A stretch of 59,321 nt of DNA from a virus (taxonomy: Duplodnaviria; Caudoviricetes): the IMG/VR virus record IMGVR_UViG_3300037882_001894, positions 1 to 59,321 of that record; one strand, 5' to 3'. Made by a program: the position numbers and the translations under genes. The notes below the pieces were generated by a model. The model was given only the letters and a program-made list of their open reading frames with translations. It ran no database searches and had not been told where the DNA came from. Position 1 is the stretch's first letter, and each line of letters opens with the position of its first letter. Positions 47,515 through 58,838 of the stretch are shown piece by piece.

Positions 47515-50500
47515 ATGATCAATAAAATACCAGCAGCCGGATTAGAACAAGGCAACAAAATTAATCTGGCTATTGCGAATGGAACCACGCCAAATTTAAC
47601 ACCACCAATTAATTTTTTAAATGATTTAGGAACTGGTATATTTTCACCGTCTCCTGGTGTCACTGCTATTGCATCTAGTGGGGTGGAGGTATTGAGATTT
47701 ACCCCCAATGGTATTGAAACTGAGAATGGTATATACGGGGGTCAGAATCCTGATTTTACCGCAACTAATGTAGTATTGTATGTTAATAGAGGTGATCTTA
47801 ATAGTACTGATTCTGTTTTGAATAGTGGGGGTAATCTAAACACACCATTTAAAACTATAGAAAGAGCGTTATTAGAGGTAGGTAGACGCAGTTTTGTATC
47901 TGGTATTAATAATGATACTATTAATGGTTATACTGTGATGGTTTATCCAGGTGAATATTTGGTAGACAACCGACCAGGATTAAAAACAGCAGCACAGATC
48001 CCTAATATTACTCAGTTAGAAAATGAGTTGTATAAATTTAATCCATCGTTTAGTGGTGGTATAGTTGTACCTAGAGGTACCTCTATAATCGCCATAGACC
48101 CACGTAAAACCACAATTAGACCCAAATATGTACCAGACCCAACTTTGACCATTCCTGGGGTCATGTATGATGGTGCTGCGATGATAAACAAGAACTTCGG
48201 ATATATTGTAGAGCAGACATATCTCAAACTTATACAAGATTATCCTACTATAACTAATATAAATGCCACTTGTAAACGCGACATTGGGTTGGTATTAGAA
48301 TCGGTGGTATTAGATTTACAAAATGGTGGTAATAGTAATAGTTATGTTGCTGGCGAAGCATATATCTCTGGTACAAACTTACAATATATTACTGGTTTAG
48401 AAATAACTGCTGCGATATCAGCATACAACCGATTAAAGGTATTAGCTATTGCTACAGTATTAAATAATTGGACTGGTTATACCGAACTAACCGTAAACAA
48501 AACAATTGATAGATATGTTCCAGTAGTGGTGGTAGATTATGCGGCTAATGGTGATTGTTCATCAGTGTCCTCAGCAATTACTACATTATTAGATATAGTA
48601 ATTGGAATTATATCTAATCCCACTGGTTACAGCAGCACCTTTTACAAAATTAATGAAACTACAGCAGAAACCCCGATTTTGAAAGTGACAGGTAGTTGTT
48701 ATATATCTAATATTACATTTGCTGATGCTAAAGAAACTCCATACAAACTGACTACATATAGTGGTGATGTTCCCGCATTTTCTATCGCTACTAATGCTCA
48801 ATATTCACATCACAAATTAGTAGCATTTGGGTTTGTAGATCAACGCAATTCCTATGGTGAATTGACTGAGTATTATAAAAAGATTGATGCTTGGGATTTG
48901 ACTATTGATGGTGGTGGTCAGCGAGAAACTGTAGTGGATGAATATACTATCGTTAGTACGTTATCTAATCCTAATAGCGTTAAAGGTGCCTCGCCTTATA
49001 TATTTGGTTGTGCTGTTCGTTCTGTTTATGGTCTAAATGGTTTGTTGGTAGATGGTAAGAAAGTATCTAGCAACAGTCTCAAATCTTTTGTGTTGGCACA
49101 ATTTACTACTATATCTCTCCAATTAGATCCAAATGCATATGTTACGGATTTAACAGATGTAATTGATAGTACTGCTTATAACTATATAAATTATGGATAC
49201 AAGGTGATAAATGATGCCTATGCACAGATCGTAAGTTGTTTTGCTATAGGACAAGCGAGACAGTTTATCACACAAACTGGTGGAGAAGTGAGTATTAATA
49301 ATAGTACTAGTAATTTTGGTGGGGTGTCTTTATATTCATCTGGCAACAGTAAAGCAGCAGTAAATCAAGATACGAATTACAATATTTTGGGAATAATCCC
49401 ACCAAAATTAATTGGATTAGATTATCGAGAATTGAATATTGGTACCATCAACACTAACACTGTTACCACCACAAGCATTACTGTTAATAACCTTAATACA
49501 AATGGTGGAACATTAATATTTCCGATAGATTCTTATATCTACATTAATATTGTTGATCCTACTAACATAGCTAATATAGTAAGATTACAAGCAAAAATGC
49601 AAACTACTAATATTAACAGTTCTGCATTTTCTGTAGTCAATGGTTCTGGTACATCAGAAAACAGCATATATTTGTATCTGAATTGTTTAGGTGCTTATCG
49701 ATATGAATCCACATGGTACACCACAGGTAGTTTACCTGCTGCTGAAGCCATAGAAATTGCTGCACGTAAAGCAGCTTTAGCTACAGCTAATCTGTTTATC
49801 CAAAGATTAGTAGACAATCGTACACCAGAAGAAAAAAATTATCAGGTTGTGGTAGCATCACCCACTACAAAAAGATTACCAACTAATAATTATGTAATCT
49901 CACAAGCCAGTATATTTACACCAATCAATAAATATTTTGTTACTAATATAGTAGATATTACTGCTGCTGAATTGAATAGTAGTTACAATAATCAAGGTGA
50001 TATTGTAAAAGTGAAAATACTTCGCGCTAATCGTAATAGTACAATTGGTGTTGGTGGTGATTATCCAGATAATATAGATGATTTAGTACCAACACCAGCA
50101 TATATAACAACCACTAATAATTTAGATCCTAGATTATTTGTTAACACTATTGTACCATCAGTGGATCAAACTGCTGTTTCTTATTTGGCAATCAGACAGT
50201 TTCTATTGGATTTTGGTTATAGTAATATTCAGGCGGATACTATTTTAACGCCCAATGCTGGTGCATCATTGCTGAGTAGCATAAACAGTTTAATTACTAT
50301 AACTAATAAAACTAATAGTACTAGCACTGGTGCTGCTATTAAATTTAATTTGTTAAAACCTTCGATCATTCGTTGTAGTAATCATACTTGGGAATATGTT
50401 GGTTATAAAAACTATAGTACAGCATTACCAAGATTACAAATAAAAACTTTATCTAAAGAGATTAAGTATAAAGCGATACAATCCTCACTCAATGGTGGGG

Positions 50501-51375
50501 TGGTGTACGCTACTGGTATGGATGAAGTTGGTAATCTATATCAAGGTAATAATGTGATAGATTTGACTGATAATACTAGTTCTAGTATTAGATTTGATGG
50601 ATTAACATCAAATAATGGCAACAACGGTAATAATTATTTCACTGATATCACGGTTTCTAATCTTAGTAGATTAAATATAGCTAACATTAATAGATTAGCT
50701 GCGACTACATTAGAGTTTTCTGCTAGTTCTGCTTTAAAAATGAATTTAGGTAATATATTATCTGATATAGTAGATAGTAATATTCCGGTTGGTTTAAAAT
50801 CTACTGCTGCTAAGTATGGATTGGTTCGCAAAGCAACTCCCACAGAAATCACAAATTATACTGGTGATGGTTATGTTACTCCCGTAGATTTAGAATTTTT
50901 TGGTCTAAACATTGCCAGTCTCACTACTTTTGTTAATGATAATACAGTTAAAACTACTGGTGATCAAACTGTAGCTGGTGTAAAAACATTCAGTAGTTCC
51001 CCTAAAGTGCCTAATGGTGCTACTGGACTGGATGCAGTCAATTATGCTCAATTAATTAGTGCTACTGGTGGTGTACCAATCACTAATAGTTTTAATAGAT
51101 TGTTGATTGATAATTTACAAATTGTAACTGGTACTTTAGCATTAACTGTCAATTGGAATGCTGGTGGCGTTGCTGCTGTAAATGTAACATTCACTACTGC
51201 TGCTGGTTTTGTTACTTATGCTGGCACACCAAAAGTGTTTATATCTATTGACAGATTGGTAATCTATCAGGTTGTGCCATTTAATACATATTTTGAATTT
51301 AGTGCAGATGCATTACCCCCCAATTATGCACCAAATGATGGAATTATTTCTTGGATGGCTATAGGATACATCTAA
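47515..51375 (+). CDS. Large virion structural / tail-fibre-type protein
   Basis: Late promoter; PFKTIERAL.E, PRGTSI...D.RKT.IRP.YVP, SPYIF, NSTSNFG, PSIIRCS.HTWEY.GY.NYS.ALP. Confidence 0.75.
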   Translation: MINKIPAAGLEQGNKINLAIANGTTPNLTPPINFLNDLGTGIFSPSPGVTAIASSGVEVLRFTPNGIETENGIYGGQNPDFTATNVVLYVNRGDLNSTDSVLNSGGNLNTPFKTIERALLEVGRRSFVSGINNDTINGYTVMVYPGEYLVDNRPGLKTAAQIPNITQLENELYKFNPSFSGGIVVPRGTSIIAIDPRKTTIRPKYVPDPTLTIPGVMYDGAAMINKNFGYIVEQTYLKLIQDYPTITNINATCKRDIGLVLESVVLDLQNGGNSNSYVAGEAYISGTNLQYITGLEITAAISAYNRLKVLAIATVLNNWTGYTELTVNKTIDRYVPVVVVDYAANGDCSSVSSAITTLLDIVIGIISNPTGYSSTFYKINETTAETPILKVTGSCYISNITFADAKETPYKLTTYSGDVPAFSIATNAQYSHHKLVAFGFVDQRNSYGELTEYYKKIDAWDLTIDGGGQRETVVDEYTIVSTLSNPNSVKGASPYIFGCAVRSVYGLNGLLVDGKKVSSNSLKSFVLAQFTTISLQLDPNAYVTDLTDVIDSTAYNYINYGYKVINDAYAQIVSCFAIGQARQFITQTGGEVSINNSTSNFGGVSLYSSGNSKAAVNQDTNYNILGIIPPKLIGLDYRELNIGTINTNTVTTTSITVNNLNTNGGTLIFPIDSYIYINIVDPTNIANIVRLQAKMQTTNINSSAFSVVNGSGTSENSIYLYLNCLGAYRYESTWYTTGSLPAAEAIEIAARKAALATANLFIQRLVDNRTPEEKNYQVVVASPTTKRLPTNNYVISQASIFTPINKYFVTNIVDITAAELNSSYNNQGDIVKVKILRANRNSTIGVGGDYPDNIDDLVPTPAYITTTNNLDPRLFVNTIVPSVDQTAVSYLAIRQFLLDFGYSNIQADTILTPNAGASLLSSINSLITITNKTNSTSTGAAIKFNLLKPSIIRCSNHTWEYVGYKNYSTALPRLQIKTLSKEIKYKAIQSSLNGGVVYATGMDEVGNLYQGNNVIDLTDNTSSSIRFDGLTSNNGNNGNNYFTDITVSNLSRLNIANINRLAATTLEFSASSALKMNLGNILSDIVDSNIPVGLKSTAAKYGLVRKATPTEITNYTGDGYVTPVDLEFFGLNIASLTTFVNDNTVKTTGDQTVAGVKTFSSSPKVPNGATGLDAVNYAQLISATGGVPITNSFNRLLIDNLQIVTGTLALTVNWNAGGVAAVNVTFTTAAGFVTYAGTPKVFISIDRLVIYQVVPFNTYFEFSADALPPNYAPNDGIISWMAIGYI

Positions 51376-51412
51376 GTTTTCATAAATAATAATATACATA
51401 AAAAATATATAA

Positions 51413-52735
51413 ATGGCTACTAATTTTAGATTTAAAATTCGCAGATCTACATCTTATGCTGGTACGGTATCAGCAATTCCCGCAGCAGTTGGTGAACTAG
51501 TTCACATTACTACCAATGCCAACAACTATACAACGGGTGCTGGACATAAAGTTTATGTTGGTGTTGGTACTGAAACCGCTGGACAAGCATCAGCGTTTGA
51601 GGCAATTGGTGGGCAATACTATACTCAACTATTAGATTCTGTAGCTGGTGTGCTATCTCCTTCTGCTGCAATTATTACTGATTCTAACAGCAGAATTACT
51701 GGTCTCAACATTGGTAATAACGGTACTTTAGTATTAAACAATACAGCCGATACTTTTAATACTAGTATTAAAGCCGCACCAGGACTAACTGCTTCTTACG
51801 CTCTTACTCTTCCTTCTGTAGTTGGTACTTCTGGACAAGTATTAAGTACTGATGGTACTGGTGTCTTGTCTTGGATTACCTCTGGTGGTAATACTGCACT
51901 AATTCCTACTAACACTGCTACTGCATATCGCGTATGGGATGGTACCGAAGATTATATTAAAATTGATACGGTTACTGGTGCTAGTGTACTACAATTGGGT
52001 AATACATTAACCACGCAGAATAATATTGTTAAAACCAATACTGCTGGTGCTTACAACATCACTGACGGTACTAACAATTTCTTTAAAATTGATACCACAT
52101 CTGGTTCTCAATTAACCACTATTGGTTTTGGTAATGCTGCTATTACTAATAACTTAGCTGTCAATGGTGGTACCATTAGCACTACTGCTACTACTGCTAA
52201 TTTACTTAATACTGGTGCAACTACTGTTAACTTCGCTGGTGCTGGCACAACTGTAGTTATTGGTGCTACTAGTGGTACTACTACGGTTCGCAATGATTTA
52301 GTTGTTACTGGTGCGCTAACCGTAAATGGTGGTTCTACGCTAATTAATGCCACGAACCTTTCCGTTCAAGATCCAATCATCGAATATGGTCGAATTAATG
52401 GTGCAGCACCTACATCTTCTACTACTTTTGATTTAGGTAACAAATTTAACTACTTTGACACTAGTGCTAGAATTTCCACCTTCTTCTATCAGAGATCTAG
52501 CGGCAACTTCGTATTGGCTAAAAATGCTACAGAGGCAGCAAATGTTCTTACTGTTGCTACTCCTACGACATCTGTAACAGATTATGGTACATTAGTGTTA
52601 GGATCTGTACTCGTTAATGATCAAGCCTGTAGCACTCTTGGTGTGGCTGAACAAGTAATAGCCTATCGCACCATTAACGGGACGACAGGAAGATTTATTG
52701 ATGGAGTAATCGCAGATGGCGGGATCTTCTCATAA
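51413..52735 (+). CDS. Tail fibre-like structural protein
   Basis: FKIRRS...P..VGEL N-terminus; Thr/Gly-rich; L.VTG.LTVNG..T.IN.TNL.VQD. Confidence 0.7.
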   Translation: MATNFRFKIRRSTSYAGTVSAIPAAVGELVHITTNANNYTTGAGHKVYVGVGTETAGQASAFEAIGGQYYTQLLDSVAGVLSPSAAIITDSNSRITGLNIGNNGTLVLNNTADTFNTSIKAAPGLTASYALTLPSVVGTSGQVLSTDGTGVLSWITSGGNTALIPTNTATAYRVWDGTEDYIKIDTVTGASVLQLGNTLTTQNNIVKTNTAGAYNITDGTNNFFKIDTTSGSQLTTIGFGNAAITNNLAVNGGTISTTATTANLLNTGATTVNFAGAGTTVVIGATSGTTTVRNDLVVTGALTVNGGSTLINATNLSVQDPIIEYGRINGAAPTSSTTFDLGNKFNYFDTSARISTFFYQRSSGNFVLAKNATEAANVLTVATPTTSVTDYGTLVLGSVLVNDQACSTLGVAEQVIAYRTINGTTGRFIDGVIADGGIFS

Positions 52736-52775
52736 TGATTTTGTAATATAGTTAAAAATTAATATTCATGATATA

Positions 52776-53489
52776 ATGGTTGTAGAAATACAGCCATTTT
52801 TTATGCCCAAATATAATCAAATTCACTACGTCTATATCACCACTCATAATATCACAGGAGAATACTATATTGGCAAAAGAACTACCAAAAAAGATATAAA
52901 ACAATCCCCAGAAACAGATAATTATTATGGATCTGGTACTTGGGTGAAGTCTATTTTGGATAAAACATTGCTGACTAAAACGGTAGTGGGTGTATATGAT
53001 TCTTTTGATGAATCTAGTGATGCAGAATACAATTTGATAAAAGAACATATAGAAAATCCATTGTGTACTAATATTAGGGTTTGTAGCAGTTCTGGGCATT
53101 TCGGTAAAATTCCATCAGAAGAAACTAAATTAAAAATATCAGTATCGTTATCTGGTGAAAACAATCACAATTTTGGTAAAACTCCATCAGATGAAACTAA
53201 ATTAAAAATATCGGTGAGGAATTCTGGTAAAATTCCATCAGAAGAAACTAGACAAAAATTATCAATAGCGGGAATGGGCAGAACACAAAAAGCTAGTACA
53301 AAGAAAAAAATAGCCTCGGCGCAATATGGCGAAAAAAATCATGCGGCAAAATTAACACAACTACAGGTAGAACAAATACGGATAATGCTATCAGATGGTT
53401 TAAAGCAAAAAGATATAGCTAGTAGATTTGGAGTGGCAGAGGGTACAATCAGTAAAATACATACTGGTGTAAGATGGAGTGCTGTCTAA
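52776..53489 (+). mobile_element. GIY-YIG homing endonuclease with NUMOD3 repeats and C-terminal HTH
   Basis: YVYITTHNITGEYYIGKR, YYGSG, three PS(E/D)ET..K.S repeats, GEKNHAAKLT...IA.RFGV....ISKI. Confidence 0.88.
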
Positions 53490-53568
53490 CGTCTCCCCAG
53501 ATGCCTCTAGAATGCCCCACAACGCATATAAACTATAAAGACGTATACAACTATCAAATTTAATAAAT
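53486..53568. repeat. ~83-bp dispersed non-coding repeat, copy B
   Basis: ctaacgtctccccagatgcctctagaatgccc...tatacaactatcaaatttaataaat; matches 32709..32791. Confidence 0.85.
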
Positions 53569-53570
53569 GA

Positions 53571-53942
53571 ATGGATTTCGCTCATACTAATATGGATTCA
53601 AAAGTTTGTCATCATTGCACAAATGGATTAAGATTAGAAAATAATTGTAATAGATCTGAATATTATTCTGCTTATTATAAAAACATCCAGCCACAATTGA
53701 AATATTACATATTGCCATGTGATCGGTGTTGGCATGGGAAATTTATTAAAGATTTCTACAACTTCCCAGAAACAGAGATTTTAGGTTATAGACAAGATTG
53801 CTATCGAAATATAATGGTTACTACGATAGATGGTAGTGAAATGTCACCAACAGAAATGTTGTACAATTGGATCAAATATAAATCTTTGACAAAACCAAAT
53901 AATCCATCAAAAAAATATGATCCACTACAACGACAGCACTAA
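53571..53942 (+). CDS. Hypothetical protein with CxxC pairs
   Basis: CHHC...CDRC; 3' end overlaps HNH copy 6 by 26 nt. Confidence 0.5.
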   Translation: MDFAHTNMDSKVCHHCTNGLRLENNCNRSEYYSAYYKNIQPQLKYYILPCDRCWHGKFIKDFYNFPETEILGYRQDCYRNIMVTTIDGSEMSPTEMLYNWIKYKSLTKPNNPSKKYDPLQRQH

Positions 53943-54615
53943 TACATATTCCTTTGATCTTCCTAATCATAATACATATAAAGGTAGTAAACTAACATAC
54001 AATCAATTATTTGTAGACCATAAACTACACATACTAAACACCATCACTGGTGATCTCTATACCAACACTATTGATCTCTCTTCTGCACCACTACTAAAAC
54101 AATATAATTTTGGTGTAGATAATGATGGTAGATTTCAAACAAAAGCAAATGGAAAGATGGTAAAAATATACGAATTGATATATGGTATCAAAACTAATTC
54201 AAATTGGGTCATCAATCATATAGATGGCGATCATACAAACAACCAAAGAGCAAATCTAGAATTAGTAACTTTATGGTTCAACACAGCATTAATGAAAACT
54301 ACTAATTCTTTACCATTAGGTATAAACCATGATAATGGTAATAGTTTTAGAACACAAATTAATTTACCAACTATACAACAAATTATAACTTTTGGTTCAA
54401 AATCAATAGATTATCTCCAAAATCTCCATTATCAGTTCGGCACCAAATCTGGCTTGGTGTCTCCACAAAGATATTTGAAAGAGACACCAAATTGGTTGCC
54501 TGATAACAGCATAATCTTCGCAACAAAACATCAAGAAAAGTTAGATCGATTAATAGTAGAGCATCTAGAGAATCAAGCTAACTGGGATAAACCAGAATCA
54601 ATATTTATTGATTGA
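53917..54615 (+). mobile_element. HNH homing-endonuclease family, copy 6
   Basis: MIHYNDSTNTYSFDLPNHN... NHIDGDHTNNQRANL. Confidence 0.85.
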
Positions 54616-54640
54616 CTTTAATGTCTGTGTATGGTATGAT
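54612..54640 (+). promoter_or_regulatory. Sigma70-type promoter overlapping the HNH copy 6 stop
   Basis: TTGACT-17nt-TATGAT with TG. Confidence 0.7.
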
Positions 54641-54663
54641 ATATAGATAAACAAGTAATATTA

Positions 54664-54846
54664 GTGAATATTATGTTGGACGGGGTAATAGATTTCGCAT
54701 ATAGCTTTGAACATTGGTTGATCATCATGACTAGGGAAAAAGATCAACATCATATATCGGTTTTCTTTGATTCTTTGTCTTGGTGGTGGTATTATGACAA
54801 TGCAGCACAAAACTTTTCCAATTGTTTCTCTCAAAAATTAGATTAA
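54664..54846 (+). CDS. Small hypothetical protein
   Basis: Fills the gap between the promoter and the RNA ligase gene. Confidence 0.4.
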   Translation: MNIMLDGVIDFAYSFEHWLIIMTREKDQHHISVFFDSLSWWWYYDNAAQNFSNCFSQKLD

Positions 54847-54851
54847 AAAAT

Positions 54852-56954
54852 ATGGCTGAACTAACCGTTAACGTTGTAAGAATTGAAACAGTAACAACAC
54901 ATCCAAATGCGGATAGATTGGATCTAATTACATTAGTAGATCTAGGATATCAAGTGATCAGTGGCAGGGGTAATTACGAAGCTGGGCAATTAGCATTTTA
55001 TTTTCCGATTGATGCAGTGATTCCCGAAAAATATGTATTGGAGTTTGGGATTAGTGCATATTATAATAACCGATTACGAGCAACTAAACTACGTGGTTTG
55101 TTCTCAGAAGGATTGTTGGTGCCAATTGATCCTTATTTCTACCAATTTGATCCAGAACTCAAACCAGGAGATGATTATACAGAATTTTTTGGAGTAACAA
55201 AATACCAACCCCCAGTAACCATAGGACAAGGCAAGAATCCAAATCCAATTGGTGAAGAACGATTCCCATCACCAGAACATTTGAAAAAGTATAAAGGAAT
55301 TTTTGAAGAGGGCGAAGAAGTAGTCATAACAGAAAAGATTCATGGTTGTTTTCCAAAAAATGCTAAAATAACTATGCATGACGGAACTACAAAAAATATT
55401 TGCGATATCAAAACTGGTGATATTGTACTGGGTGTCGATAAAGATTTAACTCCAATTCCCACGCCAGTGACTAATACATTCATAAATGGCATTACTGATA
55501 TTTGGGTAAAAATACAAACAAAACATACAGAATCTCCAGCAATAAATAAAAACATTGTATGTACACCAAATCACCAAGTTTATGTAATTGGTCGTGGTTA
55601 TGTTGAGGCACAACAACTTACTACTGGTGATAGACTATTGACAGTAACTAAATTCCTAGTGTTGAACAACATTGCTAAAAGTGTGTTAATAGGTAAAGCA
55701 TTAGGTGATGGATATATAAACAACAAAACTGGCAATACTAATATATCATTTGGTCATAAAATCTCTCACGAAGAATATTTAGATTATTGTTTGTCATTGT
55801 TGGGCAATTTAACATCAAGAACAAAACACTATAGAACTTCTGGGTACGGCAGTGCAATCGTCGCTAGTAGAAGCAAAAATGCTTTATGCATCACTAAAGA
55901 GTTTGAAAAATGGTTTGATGTTAATACTAATAAAAAAATAATTCCATCCGACTTGGTATTAGATAATCTATCATTGGCAATCTGGTATATGGATGATGGT
56001 AGTCTTTCTCACACAGAATTGCAACAAGATAGAGTAAATTTTGCTTCCTGTGCATATTCAGATGTCGAATGCAATTATTTAATTAATGCATTAATTAAAT
56101 ATGGGTTTAATGAACCAAAGTTATATAAAGATAATTTGGGATATAATAGAATTAGATTGAATTTCCGAGATGCAAAACTTTTATTTGAATCTATAAAAGA
56201 GTTAGTGCCTGAATGTATGCAATATAAATTACCTTTAGAATATCGAGGTAACTTCAAATCACCAATATTACCACCAGATCTTTATGATTATTCTACAACA
56301 TCTTCAATAATTACTGGCATTGAAACTATATCTTCATCAAATTATCCTTCAGATTTATCTAATAGTCCATATAATAAAAAGTATGACATAGAAACTGAAA
56401 CTCATAACTATTTTGTAAGTGGAAGCTTAGTACACAATTCAAACTTTTCTATTCATAAAGATGTTGATGGTAATATTAAAGTTGCCAGTCATAATTGTTT
56501 CTGGGATGACACTGAAGAAAACCAAAAAGTACCACAAATCGTATTATTTCATCAATCACCAGAATTTTTAGAATTGCCCAATAATGTTATTGTGTATGGT
56601 GAAGTTTATGGTAGCAAAATTCAAGATCTTACTTATGGTTTAACTGGTATAGATTATGTTTTATTTGCTGTGTCTAAAGAAGGTGTATTTTTAGATTATG
56701 ATGATTTTGTAGAATTTTGTAATTATTACAAATTGAAACGTACTCCAGAATTATATCGTGGTAAGTATAGTTATGATGTTGTGCAGCAATTTAATAATAT
56801 TGATAGCAAATTAGTAAAAAATGCTCAGATGTCTGAGGGCGTTTGTATTATTCCAGTTAAAGAGCGTTGGGATCGTTCTATCCAATCGCGAGTATGTATG
56901 AAATTTGTTTCCGACCGTTATTTGTTGCGAAAAAATGGAACCGAGAACAAATAA
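54852..56954 (+). CDS. RNA ligase (DRB0094/Rnl2-like) with intein
   Basis: HPNADRL, KLRG..SEGL, motif I TEKIHG/SN, YGEVYG..IQ, SEGV, K.VS..YL. Confidence 0.88.
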   Translation: MAELTVNVVRIETVTTHPNADRLDLITLVDLGYQVISGRGNYEAGQLAFYFPIDAVIPEKYVLEFGISAYYNNRLRATKLRGLFSEGLLVPIDPYFYQFDPELKPGDDYTEFFGVTKYQPPVTIGQGKNPNPIGEERFPSPEHLKKYKGIFEEGEEVVITEKIHGCFPKNAKITMHDGTTKNICDIKTGDIVLGVDKDLTPIPTPVTNTFINGITDIWVKIQTKHTESPAINKNIVCTPNHQVYVIGRGYVEAQQLTTGDRLLTVTKFLVLNNIAKSVLIGKALGDGYINNKTGNTNISFGHKISHEEYLDYCLSLLGNLTSRTKHYRTSGYGSAIVASRSKNALCITKEFEKWFDVNTNKKIIPSDLVLDNLSLAIWYMDDGSLSHTELQQDRVNFASCAYSDVECNYLINALIKYGFNEPKLYKDNLGYNRIRLNFRDAKLLFESIKELVPECMQYKLPLEYRGNFKSPILPPDLYDYSTTSSIITGIETISSSNYPSDLSNSPYNKKYDIETETHNYFVSGSLVHNSNFSIHKDVDGNIKVASHNCFWDDTEENQKVPQIVLFHQSPEFLELPNNVIVYGEVYGSKIQDLTYGLTGIDYVLFAVSKEGVFLDYDDFVEFCNYYKLKRTPELYRGKYSYDVVQQFNNIDSKLVKNAQMSEGVCIIPVKERWDRSIQSRVCMKFVSDRYLLRKNGTENK
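55347..56438 (+). mobile_element. Intein (364 aa) with LAGLIDADG endonuclease in ligase motif I
   Basis: KIHG|CFPKNAKI ... CTPNHQ ... IGKALGDG ... LAIWYMDDG ... YDIETETHNYF...VHN|S. Confidence 0.92.
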
Positions 56955-56993
56955 AACTTGCCGTATAAATATTAATATTAAACTTAATAGTAT

Positions 56994-58070
56994 ATGGCTA
57001 TAACACTGAAGTTAAAACGAACAGTCACACCGTCACTAGTGCCAACAACATCGCAACTAACTAATGGTGAATTGGCACTTAATGTATTTGATGGTAAACT
57101 ATTCTTTGAAAAGGACAATGGTACACAATCTATAGTTGAGGTGTGTAATACTACTGGTAGCACATTTAGTGGTATATTAAATGCTACATCGGGAAGTGTT
57201 GGATCAATACTATTAGGGCGTGGTGGGGGCAATTTAGCCTCAAACGTCGCTATAGGCAATATTTTGTTACCAGCAAACACTACTGGACAGCAAAATATTG
57301 CTTTGGGTACATCATGTTTATCATCAAATACTACTGGTGGTAGTAACCTAGCTATAGGTGCGGATGCTTTATTATCCAATACTAATGGTAGTTTTAATAT
57401 AGCAATCGGGGTTGGTACATTATTCAACAACATTACTGGTGGTGATAATATAGCAATTGGGAAGGCTGCGTTAAATAGTTCATCGGCTTCCAACAACCTA
57501 AGTATTGGTAACAGCAGCCTTCAGAACAATACTTCTGGGAATCTTAATGTAGCTATTGGTAATGAAGCATTGTTTTTTAATACTGGTAGTAATAATACTG
57601 CTGTTGGTTGGAGAGCGGGGTATTCGACCTCTAGTGGTGCTGGTAGTAATAACACACTAATGGGTGTTGGGGCGAATATTGGATCAGTAACAGACACCAA
57701 TTGTCTGGTTTTAGGTTTTGGTGCTGTAGGATTGGGTAGTAATACTAATGTAATTGGAAATAATTCAACATTATCGACCAGAATATTTGGTAAAATAACG
57801 CAAGTTAGTACTATTATTACTACTCCCGCGACCACATTTACCGCTAATACTCCCACTGGGATATTAACTTGTGGATTGAATGCCACCATTACCGTAAATA
57901 ATAGTTTAGTGACTGCTGGTAGTATAGTAATTGTAAATTTTCGTAGTGTACCGAGTCCAGCAACACTATATATTAGACGAGTACTACCTGCTGTTGGTTC
58001 ATTCGCTATTACATTCAGTGCTACTCCCACAACAACAAACCCAGTAATTTCCTTTGTGGTAATTAATTAA
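56994..58070 (+). CDS. Tail fibre / adhesin-like protein with N.A.G beta-roll repeats
   Basis: TATAAATA at 56964; LKLKR...VP....L..GELALN..DGKLF; 14-aa N.AIG..AL..NT.G repeats. Confidence 0.75.
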   Translation: MAITLKLKRTVTPSLVPTTSQLTNGELALNVFDGKLFFEKDNGTQSIVEVCNTTGSTFSGILNATSGSVGSILLGRGGGNLASNVAIGNILLPANTTGQQNIALGTSCLSSNTTGGSNLAIGADALLSNTNGSFNIAIGVGTLFNNITGGDNIAIGKAALNSSSASNNLSIGNSSLQNNTSGNLNVAIGNEALFFNTGSNNTAVGWRAGYSTSSGAGSNNTLMGVGANIGSVTDTNCLVLGFGAVGLGSNTNVIGNNSTLSTRIFGKITQVSTIITTPATTFTANTPTGILTCGLNATITVNNSLVTAGSIVIVNFRSVPSPATLYIRRVLPAVGSFAITFSATPTTTNPVISFVVIN

Positions 58071-58074
58071 AATT

Positions 58075-58569
58075 ATGTTAAACAATAAAATAACTTTAGC
58101 GGCTAAAGAATCAATCGAATCATATATTGAACAAAAACAAATACTAGAATCGATGTTGGATAATTTATCTAATATTTTGTCTAATATTGATTACAAAGCA
58201 ACAAAAGAATACGAAATATGTGAGATTGAATATGCACTTGATGTTCTAAATACTGGTGGGAAATTGATTGATAAATACTACAATACCGAACCACTACCGA
58301 TTCCAAAACCAGTATTATATAAATGCCAATTATATAAAACCGAAAATATTGCTTATGAAGTATGGATCAAAATTAAAAAACAATTGACTACCAAATTATC
58401 AAATTTCTTGATTTTTGCCGATTTTGCCGACAGTCTCAATGACTATTATGATTCGGTATTAACTCAGTCTTATTTGGATGTTATAATGACCATCGCTGTT
58501 ATTGATGAGATCGAACGAGAACTACTAAACCAATCATTCACCATTTACAACTTAGAACTTAAAGTATAA
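58075..58569 (+). CDS. Hypothetical protein
   Basis: ORF coupled to the fibre gene. Confidence 0.5.
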   Translation: MLNNKITLAAKESIESYIEQKQILESMLDNLSNILSNIDYKATKEYEICEIEYALDVLNTGGKLIDKYYNTEPLPIPKPVLYKCQLYKTENIAYEVWIKIKKQLTTKLSNFLIFADFADSLNDYYDSVLTQSYLDVIMTIAVIDEIERELLNQSFTIYNLELKV

Positions 58570-58573
58570 AACT

Positions 58574-58837
58574 ATGGATATCCAAGCAATTAAAGAAGAT
58601 TTTCAAGCACAACTGAAGCAAGAAGCAGAAACGATCACCGAATTGAATCAAAAACTACAACAAGCGCAACAACACGCTCTAAAATTACAAGGTGCTGTAG
58701 AGGCTTTAACATTGGTGATCGATAATACTGTGGCACCAGAAGAAATTGTTGATGATTTTGCCACTGGTGAGATTGTCGAAACTGCGGTAGTAAAGACACC
58801 TAACAGCAGAAAAAAGCAAAATCCTGAATTTAATTAA
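58574..58837 (+). CDS. Small coiled-coil protein
   Basis: Gln-rich heptads, LKLQGAVEAL. Confidence 0.55.
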   Translation: MDIQAIKEDFQAQLKQEAETITELNQKLQQAQQHALKLQGAVEALTLVIDNTVAPEEIVDDFATGEIVETAVVKTPNSRKKQNPEFN

Positions 58838-58838
58838 A

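Noticed and set aside
11933-54615. Diversity-generating retroelement or CRISPR explanation for the repeated genes
   Set aside because: No reverse transcriptase or cas gene in the window, differences are not adenine-specific, and the repeats are whole ORFs
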